DNA of 64,000 bases from Marsupella aquatica. Lineage: Eukaryota; Plantae; Marchantiophyta. Of this stretch, positions 49,857 through 63,800 are shown piece after piece (the first letter of the stretch is position 1; each line of letters opens with the position of its first letter). The stretch covers positions 10,687,832-10,751,831 of the forward strand of contig OZ316897.1 of assembly GCA_973895155.1 (NCBI GenBank), in the 5' to 3' direction. Under the pieces are notes generated by a model that was not told the origin of the DNA, did not search any database, and saw only the letters and a program-made list of their open reading frames with translations. The translations under genes and the position numbers were made by a program.

Positions 49857-50189
49857 TGTTAAGGATTGCTCTTAGTCTTGTGACTCATAGGTTACGGCAC
49901 TTAGGCTAACCATAATTAGGATCTTAGCTGAGGTTAGGTTAGTCGTGTGTGACCTTGTATATACCAGGGCTAGTGTAAGCCGCTGGTGTGTGATGCTTAC
50001 TGATGGTAACGGAGCAACTTGAGGAAGTGGGAGAGCATGTGTGTTCGTTTACTCTTGAAGTAAAAGCTTAAGTGTTCATGTGGACGTAGCCTTGGAGAAG
50101 AGGTGAACCACGTAGAGATTGTGTTGACTACGTGTGCATGGAATGAATCATGGTTGTATGGTCGTTGCGAATGACGTCTTAGTTCAACA
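49857..50189 (+). repeat. 3' LTR (333 bp)
   Basis: Follows the PPT; followed by TSD ATAGA at 50190-50194. Confidence 0.95.
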
Positions 50190-50849
50190 ATAGACAAAGA
50201 GAGAGAAATCATCGGTGTCATCAAATCACTAACCTTGCATAATTGTTTAAGACAAAAACCTTCATGGAAACAAATTTCCAATTGTGGAATTCAGAATGGA
50301 TAGAAAGTTAGAAAAATTTAGAAATTCATGACCACTTTAGTACTTGATAAAATCTTCCAATGTCACATTAGAAAGCTAGAGAACATTGGAAACTTATAAT
50401 CTCCTCAAAACTCAACTAAATCTATCAATGTTAAGTTCATTAAACAACTAAAGAAATTCTAAAATTCATAATCTCTTTAGTACTCGATAAAATCTATCAA
50501 TTTTAGGTTTATTCTCATGGAAGGGGTCAACATTTCAAGGGTTGTACAACAAAATTTATATTCACATTAGAGATTACAAAATCACGGGTAAAATCTATTT
50601 TTCAAATTATTTACTCAATTCTTATCGAACGGTGACAATTCTGAGCTCATCACGACCGCCTCTTCAAGATCTTTCCAACCCCATATTATACGTGAGTTTT
50701 CATTATGATTTGACTCAACAATGTCAAATCCAAAATTATTGTCAGGAAAATTTTATGTTTTGAATGAAATCAAAATGGAAATAAAACCGTTATTGGGAGC
50801 AGTTTACCTCAATCTTTTTATCTTTTGATTTGCAAGTCAATTTTTTTAC

Positions 50850-51020
50850 ATTATTTTTTACGGCATGGCGTCCTAGTTTTTACAGCAAAGTTGCCACAAA
50901 CACGAATGTAGAAGTTAATTTTATCCAAAAACAAGTCCCTTCCTATTTGTGACATGCCATGATAATGTGGCGCACTGTGGAACCAGGAATTTTGGAAGGA
51001 CCTCTAATTGGGGTCCGTAA
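50850..51020 (+). repeat. 3' end of a second copy of the hairpin-terminated dispersed repeat
   Basis: GGCATGGCGTCCT..GCCATGAT.ATGTGGC..CTGTGGA.CCAGGAATTTTGGAAGGACCTCTAATTGGGGTCCGTAAT, homologous to 15720-15897. Confidence 0.8.
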
Positions 51021-53869
51021 TAAGTGATGATAACTATGGATATATAAGAGACACCTGAACTAAATCTCAAAAACAATATATGTTAGTCTTGCAATGTAAC
51101 TTAATTCTGTATATTAGGGGAATTTAACCCCACCTTGCTCCCAAATACACCTACCCCCAAGCATCTCACTACCTGGTATATAGGCCAATACACATGTATG
51201 TGAATACACCTAGTACTTTGCCCAATGCATAGGTATGTGAGTAAGAGGTGCTGGCAAAGTACAATTTGTGACAGGACACCGGCCATCAAGGACAACTCGC
51301 AGGCGGGACACTAGAAAGCAAGCCCACAGTGGCTTGGGAGGCTCTGGCAAGCCTACATAGTCAGGGGTCCGGTAACTGCATATCAAAATATGACAATACA
51401 CGGTAACTGCATATCAAAATATGACATGTATTGTGTACTACATCACTCCATCCCATAATAAACATAGTTGTTTTTTTATAAAACAGTGAGTACACACCAT
51501 ATGCTATCACATTTTATGTGTGATTACGGGCAGGGCACAGTCACCCCTCAGGAGTGCTCCTGACTAGACACTCCTGTCACCTCCGTATTTGGCAAATTTT
51601 TTAAAAATATCTCAAACCATTCCTTTGTTAAGGTAGCTGCTACCTAATCCCAAGGCAGGGTTACTTTGGTGAATTTTTGCCAATAAAAAAAAGGCTGGTC
51701 TCAGGGTTTAGAGATTTGGTCCTGTCAATAAAAGTAACTTCAGGATGGAATAATAGAATAGTCAATTGTCAATATATTTGGGCTCGGTTTCTACATGCTG
51801 CCCCTTGTGTGTTGCTTTCATGAAAGTAATGCTCAACCCACCACTTCCATGAACCTTTCAACCCAGATGGACCAGGCTACTGGTCAACTAGAAATTATGG
51901 ATTTTTTTGCAAAGAAAAAGTGCTATCTGATAGCTTTTCATGGTAGCATACAGGCATTTTCTCAACCTGTAGGCACTCTAGTTTCACGTTGACTGTTTAT
52001 TTCATTCATTGGGATAAGAATTTATGCTCTTCAAAACAAAACTGAAATTGAAGCCCTGATGGATCTCCTTGCTTGCCAAAAATGCTTGGATATACTTTTG
52101 CAATCAGGAAGTCTTTTTGCTACTCACATATGCTACTCACATAATGTGTGCAAGAAAATGAAATCTCTGAAAACTTGCAGGTCTCTCAATTTTCAATGAA
52201 ATTTAACTCTGTCAAGCTCTTTGGGAAGATCTTTTCAATTAGTTTCTATTGAAACTAGAAGCATCTCTTGGGTATCAAGGGAGCTACCCAATGTCAAAGT
52301 CAGGTGCACAAAAATTGGAAGGGCAACGTTTGGACAACACGTGTGGACCTTATTCATAAATTCTTAATTCTAAATTTTTCATTAAAACTATAAATCTCAT
52401 ACTCTTGGAAAGATCTTTCGAAGTAGCTTGTCTAGAGTCCAAGAAGAGTCAATTTTATTGGACATCGAGTGAGGTAGTTAAGGTCAAACGTTACTCTTAA
52501 AACTTGTTGGAAGCAAGAAGAGTGTCACCTAGCGTTTGTATAATGTGTCATTGTCCTTTGGGCTCAGCCCAGTAGACTCCGTCCATGGAGCAGCGTCCTT
52601 TTGTGACAACTGGAACCAATAATAATTACATGTTCATCCCCTCGTTTTGGACTCGGCTTCCAACCGGCCTGCTCGCCTCTTTCTACGGGGACCTTGGCTC
52701 CTTGTGTGCCTCGTTTTGATTTAGCTGTTGATTTATCCTCTCCATAAAACTTGCCCTTCCAAATGACACTGTAATCAATTCCAAATGACACTGTAATCAA
52801 TTGTCACAATGTACGCAAAATCATGATAATTAGGATGGTTTTACTGGGTTTTGGACTGGATTTCAGGCCAACTTTCCTACTTCCACTTGGCGCCCATTGG
52901 CCCCTTGCGTGCTGACCTGTTGCTTGTTACCTGTTATTTCGTTCTTTCTGATAGAAAATGCCTTTCCAATGAATATGGAGTCTATTGATGCCAGTTGACA
53001 CTTTATATAAAGTAAATTAGTATGATATGATAATGGTTCTCCTTGGGGTCTTGGACTTGGTCACGAAACGTCTCTGTTGTCCGGCTTCCAAAGGGCCCCT
53101 TTTCATCCTTTTTAGTATTAAATATTGAAGGTCAGTCTCGGCAGGTCGGCTTGAAAGCGACCTCATTTCTGACTTTTGAAGTACAGTGTACATCATTGAC
53201 TATGCATTAGACATGTAAGTCGGGAGAGACACACTATTTTAACTGCACTTGCAAACCCACGTGGCTAATTTAGCTCCACACTAAATTCTCATCATCAAAC
53301 AGTCATGAATAAAATGCCATTAAGGCCTTATGGAATATAGTCATGTTGAGACCTTATAATTGCATGGTTTACTAACAGAGTTAGTAATGAAACTCTTTTG
53401 TCTAATGGTAGAGCACTTTGATGCAGCTCACCAGGTCTGAGGTTAGACTGGTTTTGAAGTCCAAAATGGAGTGAACCATCTCTTCCTGGGAAGAAGCCTT
53501 GCTATGCGAAGATGTGTGTAAGTTGGCATCAGTAGGTGACATCTCTGGCCCTCCAAAGAGTCCTAGTTGCTTGTCCAACTTATGGTCTTTTCACGGGTGT
53601 CACTCGGCATCATGCCTGCCCCCCCTCTAACTTTCCCTGCAGATGGATGGACAGACGGAGCTATCTTGGCAGCCTGGAACCAGAGTAGCATTCTTTATAG
53701 TGCAAAATGTTGCTAGATTCCATCTCCCTTACCAGTTTCCCACCTAGCCGGCTAGCCATCACTAGCCAGCCCGGTTTAACCTGACGGGCAACTTGATGCC
53801 TTGCCAGGCACGTAAAACCGTCAAATGATGGTCCCAAAACCAGAAGTTTGACGCATATTTGCCAAAATT

Positions 53870-54300
53870 CTCTCGAACTCCCCCATATCCCCCCAGACCC
53901 TTCCCGAACTCCCCCCGGACCCCCCCGGACAATTCCTGGACTCCCCCGACTCTTCCCGGACTCCCCCCGGTGTCAGACCTGGATCCCGAGCCCCGGACCC
54001 GGACCCGGATCCCAAGCCCCTACCCGGCCCACTCCCGAGCCAAGCCCTGCCCCGGCCCTACCCCGGGCCTCTCCCAAACCGAGCCGGCCCTCCCCCAAAC
54101 CGGCTCCCCCCCCACCTGGACCGGCTCCCCCGAACCCCCCCGGATTGGCTCCCCCCGAACCACATCCCCCCCACCTGGACCGGCTCCCCTGAACCGGCTC
54201 CCCCCCCCAACCTCGGCCCGGACCTGGCTCAACAAAATTTCTCCCGAACTTCTCCCGAACCCGGCCCGGACTTGTCCTGGCCTGGATTGTTCCCGAACCC
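53870..54300. repeat. C-rich low-complexity block of CCGGCTCCCC / CCCGAAC / CCCGGAC motifs
   Basis: Dense short C-tract repeats, G-rich on the minus strand. Confidence 0.75.
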
Positions 54301-56015
54301 GGGTGATGGGTTGTCATTTTGCTGGTGTTTTTCAGCCAGTTTGATGGGCAAAGTCAAACCGAGCTAACCAGACCCTGAGGGTCGTCTTTAAATTTAGGGT
54401 CATCCTCAAATCTTGGGGTCACCCTAAGGTATCTCGAATAGTAGGGGCGTAAATTTCCTAGCATGTTCTCTTTCTACTGTAGAAAAAGTCAGAAACCTAA
54501 TAAATGAGGCTGATTGGAAATTAGGATCCGACCGAATCATTTCACAAAACGAACAAGGAATTTATGCCAAAAATACAATAAATACAACCTACTCCATGGA
54601 CGCAAGTCCCCTACAGGTCAATGTTGCTTAATCTATACTGTAGACAATGGGTCTCCCTTCGCTGTTACACTTTTCACGCCATTTGCTGTTACGTCTCCCT
54701 CAGTGTGCTGTACTCATCAGTTGGTCAATACTCTAGTTATACCCTTCGGGCTTACTGTAATTATGCGTTGTTTTCAGATCAAGGGGAAACGTGGCCAAGG
54801 AACAACCAACCACTGCAGGTTCCAAGAGGAAAGTATCTCTATGCAGGTCCAGTTTCCAAATTATTTTTAGGCCAAAGTTAAATATCAAACTACAAAAGAA
54901 CATGGGGCACCCAAACACAAGACAGGATTGCATAGACTAAAGACCCAATCAAGGGGGAGGCAACCAAAGAGCCCATTAAAGGCCAAAGAACCAGAAGAAT
55001 ACTTAGCCAAGTGAACCACAAACCAACAAAGAACCAGACCTAACGAAAACCTGTAGGGGTCTGGTAGAACTCCGGAATGAACTACACAGGGGGTCTAACA
55101 GTCGAGCCTGACTAGCTACTCTAGAACTAACTGTGTAATTTATGACTGAGCCCTCTGAAGTGCGACATACACTCATTGTCAAAAAAATAAATCGTGATGA
55201 TGGGCACAGGCCGGCAGATAAGTCCTTGAGTAAGGCCTCCACTCAACATAAAGAACAACACATGATTGTAAGAAGCTGTCAAAATTTGGGTGTAGAGCCC
55301 AACCTTTATTTAACCAATCAGACAGATTTAACCAATTAGACAAATTAACTGATCAGACAAATTAACAAATCAGACAAATTTGACCAGAGAGTGCCCTAAA
55401 ATCAGTCTTGTCACCCTTCAGACTGCAGTACAACATAATGCAGAAGTAGGAGGCGAAGTACTCTAGATATTCAAATTCTGTCTCGGATTTTGAACTTGTC
55501 AATTAGACACTGTAGTGTGATTCATGTTAGGGGGTACATCGGATAGTAATGTGCTCCGGTAAATATACTTTATTAATTACATGTAGCCACTTAACACCCT
55601 TCATGATATTTCTCTCCTCTTAACTTCTAGTATTTGTTCGTTATGGAGAAGTGTCCAGCTTTCGACGGGAACTTATGATACTTCTCCCCTATTCACTAAA
55701 AGTAATAACAAAAGCTTAAAGTTAGTGTTTTAAAGTAACCAGACATTGCCCCTCAGACTTCTAAATAGCGACGTATCAAACAATGCACTGGAGGGTATTA
55801 TTACGTACATATCATGCATATTAATTCTCCAACAACTAAATTGTCAAATAAAGACTTAGTTAAACGTCACGGGTGCAGTGGCCAGCAGGAAGACACGCTG
55901 CTTTGTAGTTCAATCTACTTAGATCAGCCCACCTGTTCTGATCGAAAGCGCGGCGAGGAACCGTTCAAACCAGGTACGCCGATCTGCTACAAAGGCTCCC
56001 TTCTTACAGCTAAGA

Positions 56016-56203
56016 TCGAACAGATATATAAGTCAGCTGTAGTGGAGTATTTAGTTCAGACTTCAGCTGAATTTAACCAAAGCATTCCCGAGTATTTCGC
56101 TCGTTAGGCTCGAACAGATATATAAGTCAGCTGTAGTGGAGTATTTAGTTCAGACTTCAGCTGAATTTAACCAAAGCATTCCCGAGTATTTCGCTCGTTA
56201 GGC
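56016..56203 (+). repeat. 94-bp perfect tandem duplication containing a TATA-like box, upstream of PPO
   Basis: TCGAACAGATATATAAGTCAGC...CGCTCGTTAGGC at 56016-56109 and 56110-56203. Confidence 0.9.
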
Positions 56204-56228
56204 TCTGGAATTTGAGTATTTAGCTCAA

Positions 56229-56233
<5 letters not shown>

Positions 56234-56275
<42 letters not shown>
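56234..56275 (+). repeat. (AG)21 microsatellite in the PPO 5' region
   Basis: Direct reading. Confidence 0.95.
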
Positions 56276-56277
<2 letters not shown>

Positions 56278-56552
56278 GACTATTCGGACGACCATTCGAG
56301 AGAACGATTCACCAATCTGAACATCACGCAGTCCACCCAGGGTTCGCACAGAGATCAACCTTCAAGCTCTATTTGGACGTGATTAGAGGATCGATCAATT
56401 ATAATTACACAACCAGCAATTATGTGCATTTCAAGTGCTCAATATCCGTGAGTCTGAGTAAGTGTAGAGGTTGCTTCTTGAGAGGCAGTAGTCAATTAGA
56501 AGCGTCTAGGAACGAAAACAGCAATCGAGGTTTGTTTTGGAGGGGCCGAGCG

Positions 56553-59380
56553 ATGGAGGTGAAACTCCTTTGGACCATGATATGGTCTGCTATGGCCATA
56601 TCATTACTTGTTCCAGCTGCTGTCACCTCCGCCCCGGTCACGATCGACTTCAACGTGTGCGTACCTGCACAGTACCCACTTAATCCGGTGAATCTCACGG
56701 GTCAGCAGGAAACTAGCTATTGCTGCCCTCTGAAGCCAACTAAGCCAGTCATAAACGGGCCCCCTCCTCTTGTGACGGATATCATGAGAGTTAGAAAAGC
56801 TTCGCAATGCACGGATGCTGCCTACGCTGCGAAGATCGAGAAGGCGTATTCACTGATGAAAGCGCTGCCAGACGATGACCCACGGTCGTTCAAGCAGCAG
56901 TGGTCCCTTCACTGCTCCTATTGCGGGGGTTCCTTCCTCACCACCAACAGCACCGGAGGTAAAGAAGGAATCGACATCCACTTCAGCTGGCTCTTCTATC
57001 CGTGGCATAGGTACGCACACGTCAGGTCTCTAGCACAGAACCAACGTAGTTCCAAATTACGCGAGTGAAGTAGATGTTTGCGGTCGGAGCTAGTGTCGAA
57101 TGCCTCGATGAAGCTGCATGTCAGGTGGTGGAATCTCCCATGATAGATGAATAAGCTAGTGTTCAATGCCTCAATGAAGCTATCGATCAGAAGGTGAATT
57201 CTGGGGCCTCAATTCCACGAGACAAAAAAAAATTAACAATTGGGGGATTCCTGAATTACTTTAACGGAGTGGTTGAGCAGGCTGGCTAATCTTCACAAGA
57301 CGCTGCCAAGTTCTCTCTTTCCCCTAGCTTGAGCTAAAGCAGTTTTTCAGCGTAAGATCGATGGACTTAATGGAATTGACGAATAAATGGAATGCAGGTG
57401 GTACTTGTACTTTCACGAAAGAATCCTGCAGTCGCTTCTTGAGGACCCAACTTTCAGTCTCAACTACTGGAACTGGGACAACCCTTACAGCGTGGGCGAT
57501 GGCTCGTCCAAGGATGGAGCGTGTCTGAAGCAGGGACATGACTTCCCCACGGTCTTCAGTAACCCTTCGACATCTACATACGATATCAACCGGTCCGATA
57601 ATGCGAAGGGAAAGGGCCCCTTGCACTTCCCAGGTGGGTTGGGTAACTGCGATCAGGGATATAGGGGAATCATGTTCATGAAGAAGCAATTCTTTCATTA
57701 TTTGATTAAACACGATTACAAACTGACTCGTGTGTCGGCCTTCTATTCGCAGACTTCTTTTACATTCCAGCACTGTCAGAATACCTTCAGCCGAACTTCA
57801 CCGCCAGTGAGGAAGCTGTGACTCTAAGTAATATGAATATAATGTACCAAACTTTAGTGAGCGGCGCAACCACTGCAGAAACGTTTATGGGCCGCCCGTA
57901 TAGAGCAGGAGAGGTTAAAGGTGTGTACAATAAACATATGGAGATTATTAATGCAGTATTTCGTTCACATTCACTATTCGAAAGATAGTCTTAACTGGCT
58001 AGTAACATATATAACGTGGTCGTTCAAGCTGAAAAAACATATAAGTTTATTTCGGTTGGGGTCCGACTATTTAGCTTCAGACGAAAGAGTCAGAATTCTT
58101 ACGCCTTCGGTAATTATTTTGAATCTGAACAGGATTCGGAGGGCCTGTTGGAGGCGCTGGAACATTGGAGTCGAGCGCTCATGCTACAGTTCATTTCTGG
58201 ATCGGAGGAGACCCACCTAGGATGGACGACATGGGACAGCTTGGACATTCTGCCCGTGATCCAGTATTTTACGCTCACCATTCCAACATCGATCGCTTGT
58301 GGCAGGTAAATGAGAGTCCAAATGGACCTTTCTATGTCCAGGAAACAATGACTAGTCTAGTCATTCAAGCTACATAATTGTGCTTAAGACAACTCATTTC
58401 ACTATAGTAGGTGTGGAACTGTTTCATCAGCACTGCAGATATATGTCACGGAAAATGATTCAGTAAGTTCTAATTAAATGCTGATCGCTTTCTCCGGTTG
58501 TTGATGAAATAGGTCTGGAAAGATATCGGACCAATTTTGGGTCAAAAGCGTGAGTACTATTCGGACCCTGATTTCCTAAATGCGGAGTTCCTTTTCTACG
58601 ACGAGAACAAGGATCTCAGAAGAGTGAAGGTAGAAGACGCGTTAGATACAACAAAACTGGGATACGTGTATCAGGGAGCGAATGATGCGGCATGGCTATT
58701 CCCAGACTTGACAAGGTAATATAGTTGAAGACTGCAATGACGTAGATCGAAGTTTTACCCGCATTAGAGATCGACCACTGATGTCGTGAAGTTCTTCATG
58801 GCGTCTTGTGGCTTTAAAACCACACACTGTGCTAACTACGATCTGTCTAAATCGACGTGCTCGCGTGCCACGATAGGCTACTACTAATCATGAAATCACC
58901 GGTCCTAACCCTTGCAGGTGCTCCAAGTTGAGCTACTTGGAACTCATTGCCCAAGCGGAAGATTTGCCTGTGCCCAAGAAAACGGAAGGATATTATCATC
59001 TGCAAGCCGGGACACCATTTGTGCTGGTGATTGACAGACCGGACAATCCGCATGGAATTGAGGAGTTTCTCACGATTGACGGTATCACGCTGGACAGATC
59101 TTGCATTGCAGGGTTTGACGTATTTGTTGATTTGCCGACCCCTTCGGATTACCAGGTCGCTTCCAAGTGCGCTGAATATAATGGGAGATTCACGAATATG
59201 GCTCAAAGTCAGAGCGTGTCTACAAAATCGTTGCTCTGGAAGCAAAGTATCACCAGAACTTTAGTCGACATTCAAGCTCCAACAGCCCTTTCTAAAGTTG
59301 TGATTACTCTGATTCCCTTTTCCCAGTCGGGCGGCTACGAAACCATCAAGTTTAAGTGCATAACCGTCAACACTAGTTGA
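56553..59380 (+). CDS. PPO: Polyphenol oxidase (type-3 copper), signal-peptide form, 6 exons
   Basis: Exons ~56553-57010, 57398-57633, 57771-57920, 58133-58305, 58513-58714, 58918-59380. CuA: HCSYC..HFSWLFYPWHR|WYLYFHERIL. CuB: HATVHFW..DMG..SARDPVFYAHHSNIDRLW. DWL-like domain DPDFLNAEFLFYDEN..KLGYVY; KFDV-like domain EEFLTIDGI..FDVFV..EYNGRF. Confidence 0.95.
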
Positions 59381-60644
59381 CACTCGACCAGTTTCCATAG
59401 TTATGGACCTGAAGATGGTAGGAAATAGGGTACAAGGGAAACCCCTTCAAAATTTTGTTGAGTTTTATCATTTTTTCAGAATCACATTGTTTCAAATTCA
59501 TAGGATGAAAACCAGTGTGAAGCATAGTTTGAGATACCACTGTTATTCTGTAAAAGCATCATTATTCTTTTTTAATTGCAGATACTAGGTTGCAAAAATT
59601 AAAAAACGTCATTGTTACTCTCGGAAAGTTGCAGGTTACGCAATTGCTCTAATAAATTCCTGCCTTTCGCAACGCGTTCCTTTTCTCGATCATTGTTTTG
59701 GCGTAGAAAAAGGTAGGCCTGCCCTGCAATTGTTAGATAAACCCAAGTCTGTAATACATTAATGACGATATTCGTTTTGATTGTATTTTACAAATATTGC
59801 ACTGGACGCAGAATGCCAATTGATCATAGTTAGCAGATTGTCGACCTTTTGGTGCATTATATATATCTGCGCATTTGTTTGAAATTCGTGAGCCACTTTC
59901 ATTCAAATGGTTGTCAAATTTGGGATAAGTAGTAGCAATACGCCCTTCAACCCCGCCTTCAACGCAAGTAGTTTTAGTCAGACCAGTGCTTCACAGTCAA
60001 AGTACTTATTTGCTGTTAGTCATTCGGGAATAGATCGCCGTCACTCACAGAAAACAATTTCCAGACACAAAGTTGCATGACATTCATGCTTCGTTCCCTC
60101 CGTTACTAAGAGGCAGATTCTGGGGAAGTGATCCTATGTGATTGTCGCCTTCGTTTCGCAGTGATATGCTGTCCCCAATGTAAACGGAACACAGTAAGAA
60201 ATAATGTGAGCGTTGATTTACTTCACTGTTGCCTCAATTGGTCGTGGTAACACAGTTTGTGAATCCAAATGTGGTTTCTTAACATTATTTGTGGAGTCCA
60301 AAATTGGTCTTGTTAACACTGCTCTCGGCACTTTATCCAATTAGTTTAGGTTCTTAACATTGTTTGTGAAGTCCAAAATTGGTCTTGGTAACACTGCTCT
60401 TGGCAATACTTTCTGTAGTCCAAATTGGTCGCGGTAACCTATTTATGCAACCTAAACTTTGAGCTGCTAGAGTATATCCACTGGTAGCTAGCACAAAATG
60501 CTAGGCTGGTAAAGTCTTTGACATTTTGGGCACCGTATTCTGAAAAAGAATCCCAACCCGGATATGTGACATTCAAACCCGATCTGGTTTCATGCAAATG
60601 TTTTGGTATCTATAGTGTCCCTCACAAATAATGTGACATTGTTT

Positions 60645-60810
60645 AATTAATATTTTCTTGAACCAATAAAATGACACTATCATTTATAACACATGATGTA
60701 TCATTTTTATGAAAATAGAACACTTGTTAATTAGTATTTTCTTGAACCAATAAAATGACACTATCATTTATAACACATGATGTATCATTTTTATGAAAAT
60801 AGAACACTTG
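60645..60810. repeat. ~84-bp tandem duplication
   Basis: TATTTTCTTGAACCAATAAAATGACAC...AATAGAACACTTG occurs at 60651 and 60735. Confidence 0.9.
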
Positions 60811-63800
60811 AGAGATAACACTAACAAAGTTAGTTGCAATAATTGTTGATACACAGTTATTGTTAGTTAGAGTAACTTGGGTAAACAATGTACTGTACAT
60901 AATTTGTTAGCATCATCCTATCTACAGTAGCTAGATTCTCCCTTGATAAAGCTTGCAAGTCAAATATGCTCTTTCCCAAAAGTCCGGAGGAAGGTAATCT
61001 AGACGGACAAACCCTCTCTACGCTTGTCCATGCCAATAGAAAATGCCCTTGCGCATTACCAAAAAAAGAGTTCGATGTAGAAATGTAATGAAATTATGCC
61101 CTTGCAGAGTATGGACCCAATATTTGGTTTGGGGGTGGGTCCTCTTTGTTTGAGAAGCATTACTTTTTGGAGGGCTATGGGGCTGGCAACCAGCCAGGGA
61201 GGGCACAAGCAAGTGAAGGAGGGCTATGGGCTGAAGGGTGGAGAACCATGGGCTGGAGGGTGGATGGCTACGGGATGGAAGGCGGAGGGCTACTGCCCCG
61301 TTGGCAGACAGGCTATGGAATGAAAACTAACATAATAGTCAGCTTAGAAATTAACTTTTAGCACCAGATCTTAAAGTCCGAACATCATGAGCTGTTTGAA
61401 AAACAATGCAAAAGAGCTGATGGGCTTATAAAGGAAAAAACAAGGGCAAGTCACAAGCACATATACATGCGTTCCAAGAATGTGAGCCAAAAAGTGCAGA
61501 GTAGACATGTTGTGCAATAGTGGATATTGAGTAGATTCAAACTTGGCACTGCAGATTTTAAAGGGATACTACTTTTTCCACTTGCACAGAATTGAGAATT
61601 TCTTATCAATCACTACAGTTACTGTATTAAATCCACCATTTTACTCTTATGGTGAGTTTATGATGGGGTTTATGAAATGCAAGCTAGATGGAATTAATCG
61701 CCACCCTTAAACTGTAGACTGTATTTTGAATTCCAAAAGAAAGGATTCACATTGCATACTGGGGTTATTTTGAGTGCAACCTGTCCCAGCATCCCCATCC
61801 ATCGAAGCCATCCAAACATCCCAAACATCCCTATATGTAAATGCATTTTATGTAGAGACAAAGGACACAAATGAGCTGGATTCAATATTACAAATGTAAA
61901 TTTTTGGGTTGGTTTGAGTGTAATTAGGACAAGACACTGAGAATCTGTACCTTAAGTGTACAGGTTTTCAAGAATTGTGCACTTTGTACTTTTACTGATC
62001 ATTATTTGAAACATACTTTTATTTGGCATGTGTTCTCCCACTCAATCCTGTTAACTAGTAGCTAATAGTCATGTACATATCATTACAAGACAAACAAATG
62101 AAGCATGTTCCAAGATGAGCATGCTATACTATATTCTTATAGTACATGAAGTGTGTGGCATAGTGAAAAGCTGATAGTTATTTCAGTACGAGGTCAAGCA
62201 CCCAGACATATATATGGAGCATATCTACTCCTCTAGACGACAATTACAGTATATGGCTCCTGGTGCTAGGTCCTTGGGCTGCTTATGAAATCTACAAGAC
62301 ATTGTGAGAGTATACTTCAAGACATTCTAGACTCACTTCAATTGGCAGATTTTGCAACATTCAAGATACAGCAAGAGCTCCTCCATTTGTTTCATGAATT
62401 TGGCAAGTTCTTTGCAAATCATATTAAAGCACCTCCAATCTTCACACAATTCCAATCTTGGAAGTCACCCAGGCTGTAGAAGGTTTCTACAGTTCATTTG
62501 ACATGATCTCAATCATTCATGTCATAGCAAATTCCAAAATCCAGATGACCTAACCATCAGGACAGAGTCAGAGTTTCTAGATTCCACTTTAATTGATCAT
62601 TTCTTGCTTCAATCATTATGTTTTATAGTTTTACATCTTCACGTTCATAGTGTAAGACCAAGATCTGGAACATAATTACTACCCTCGTATAATTATATTG
62701 TTCAAAACAATTAGTTTCGTATAATTATATTGTTCAAAACAATTAGTTTCATCACATTGAGCATTTCTCTTGGATTTCATCCTGTTTATTGTTACGTAAT
62801 TATACCTGATTGAGGAGCCCAAAGCCAATTTATTGCTGATGCCAAGCCAATTTACAAAGCTACAACGCCCTGCTTGATAAGACACTTACAATCTCTGGTG
62901 AAAATTCTCCCACAAAGTTGTTCCCTCATTTCAAGCTTTAATCTGTGAGAATTGTAGCGAACACTTCAGCAGCCAAATTTTTTATCTGCGTAGGCAGCTA
63001 GCCATTAATTGAGATGGGTAGGAGAGTTTGCCGGGACCTGTCTAATTTGCTTCTTTCTCTCGTGGTGGCTTTCTAGAAACAAATTGGATCTCTCGAGGTG
63101 GCTTCACATTCCACAATTGAATGAAAACTATAAAAGATCCAATCAAAACAAACTATAAATTAAAGATGCAATCACAGCTTACCATAAAAGATGCTACCCA
63201 AGTCTTCTTAAACATTTTGCTCTACTCTATCTTGGAATCTTTGGAAATCCATCTAGGCTTATTTCCCTTTATCAATGATGAAAATATCTAATATTCTCCA
63301 ATAGGATAACATTATTGTTCATACACCCTAAACCCGATTGTCCAATAATATAAGATTACAAATATACTTTCATTTTAATGTTTGTAAAAAATTAAAGTAG
63401 TGATATTCTTTAATTTGTGGGCCCCCTTTATGCATCAGTCAAGTTCTTTCTTTTCTCCACATCCATGCCCTGGTTTACCCACCCCTGCATATTTAAGAGT
63501 CAACCCCCTTGGAGCTGTGCGGTATCTCTGGTCCGGACCCTTTGAGGTGTTGATAATTATACTTAGGATAACATTCAAGATGCGATGGCAACAATTGCTT
63601 GGAATGCCATGTCATTGACTATTATAGAGCAACCTAGTGCATGTGCTTCAAATTACCCGGAGATGGGGTCACTAATGCTGAGCAAACTTAATATGACATG
63701 CACAATGACATGCCCATGATCATCCTATGCACGAGTAGTCAACATAGAGAGATACGTGGTGCACTTTAGTTGAGGTGTGACAGGGCCAATGGTCCCAAGG

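Larger units (their letters stand above)
33273..50189 (+). mobile_element. Ty1/copia LTR retrotransposon (Tnt1/Tork-like) hosting two nested DNA elements
   Basis: 333-bp LTRs at 33273-33605 and 49857-50189 (about 5 transitions by eye), TSD ATAGA, PBS TGGTATCAGAGC (tRNA-iMet) at 33608-33619, PPT AAGGGGGAG at 49846-49854. Gag starts GVKFEVEKYDG, which is Tnt1-like. Confidence 0.95.

Noticed and set aside
53821-54344. Pro-rich or Gly-rich ORFs (extensin-like)
   Set aside because: Open in several frames on both strands because of low-complexity C-tracts; no signal peptide and no ATG start.
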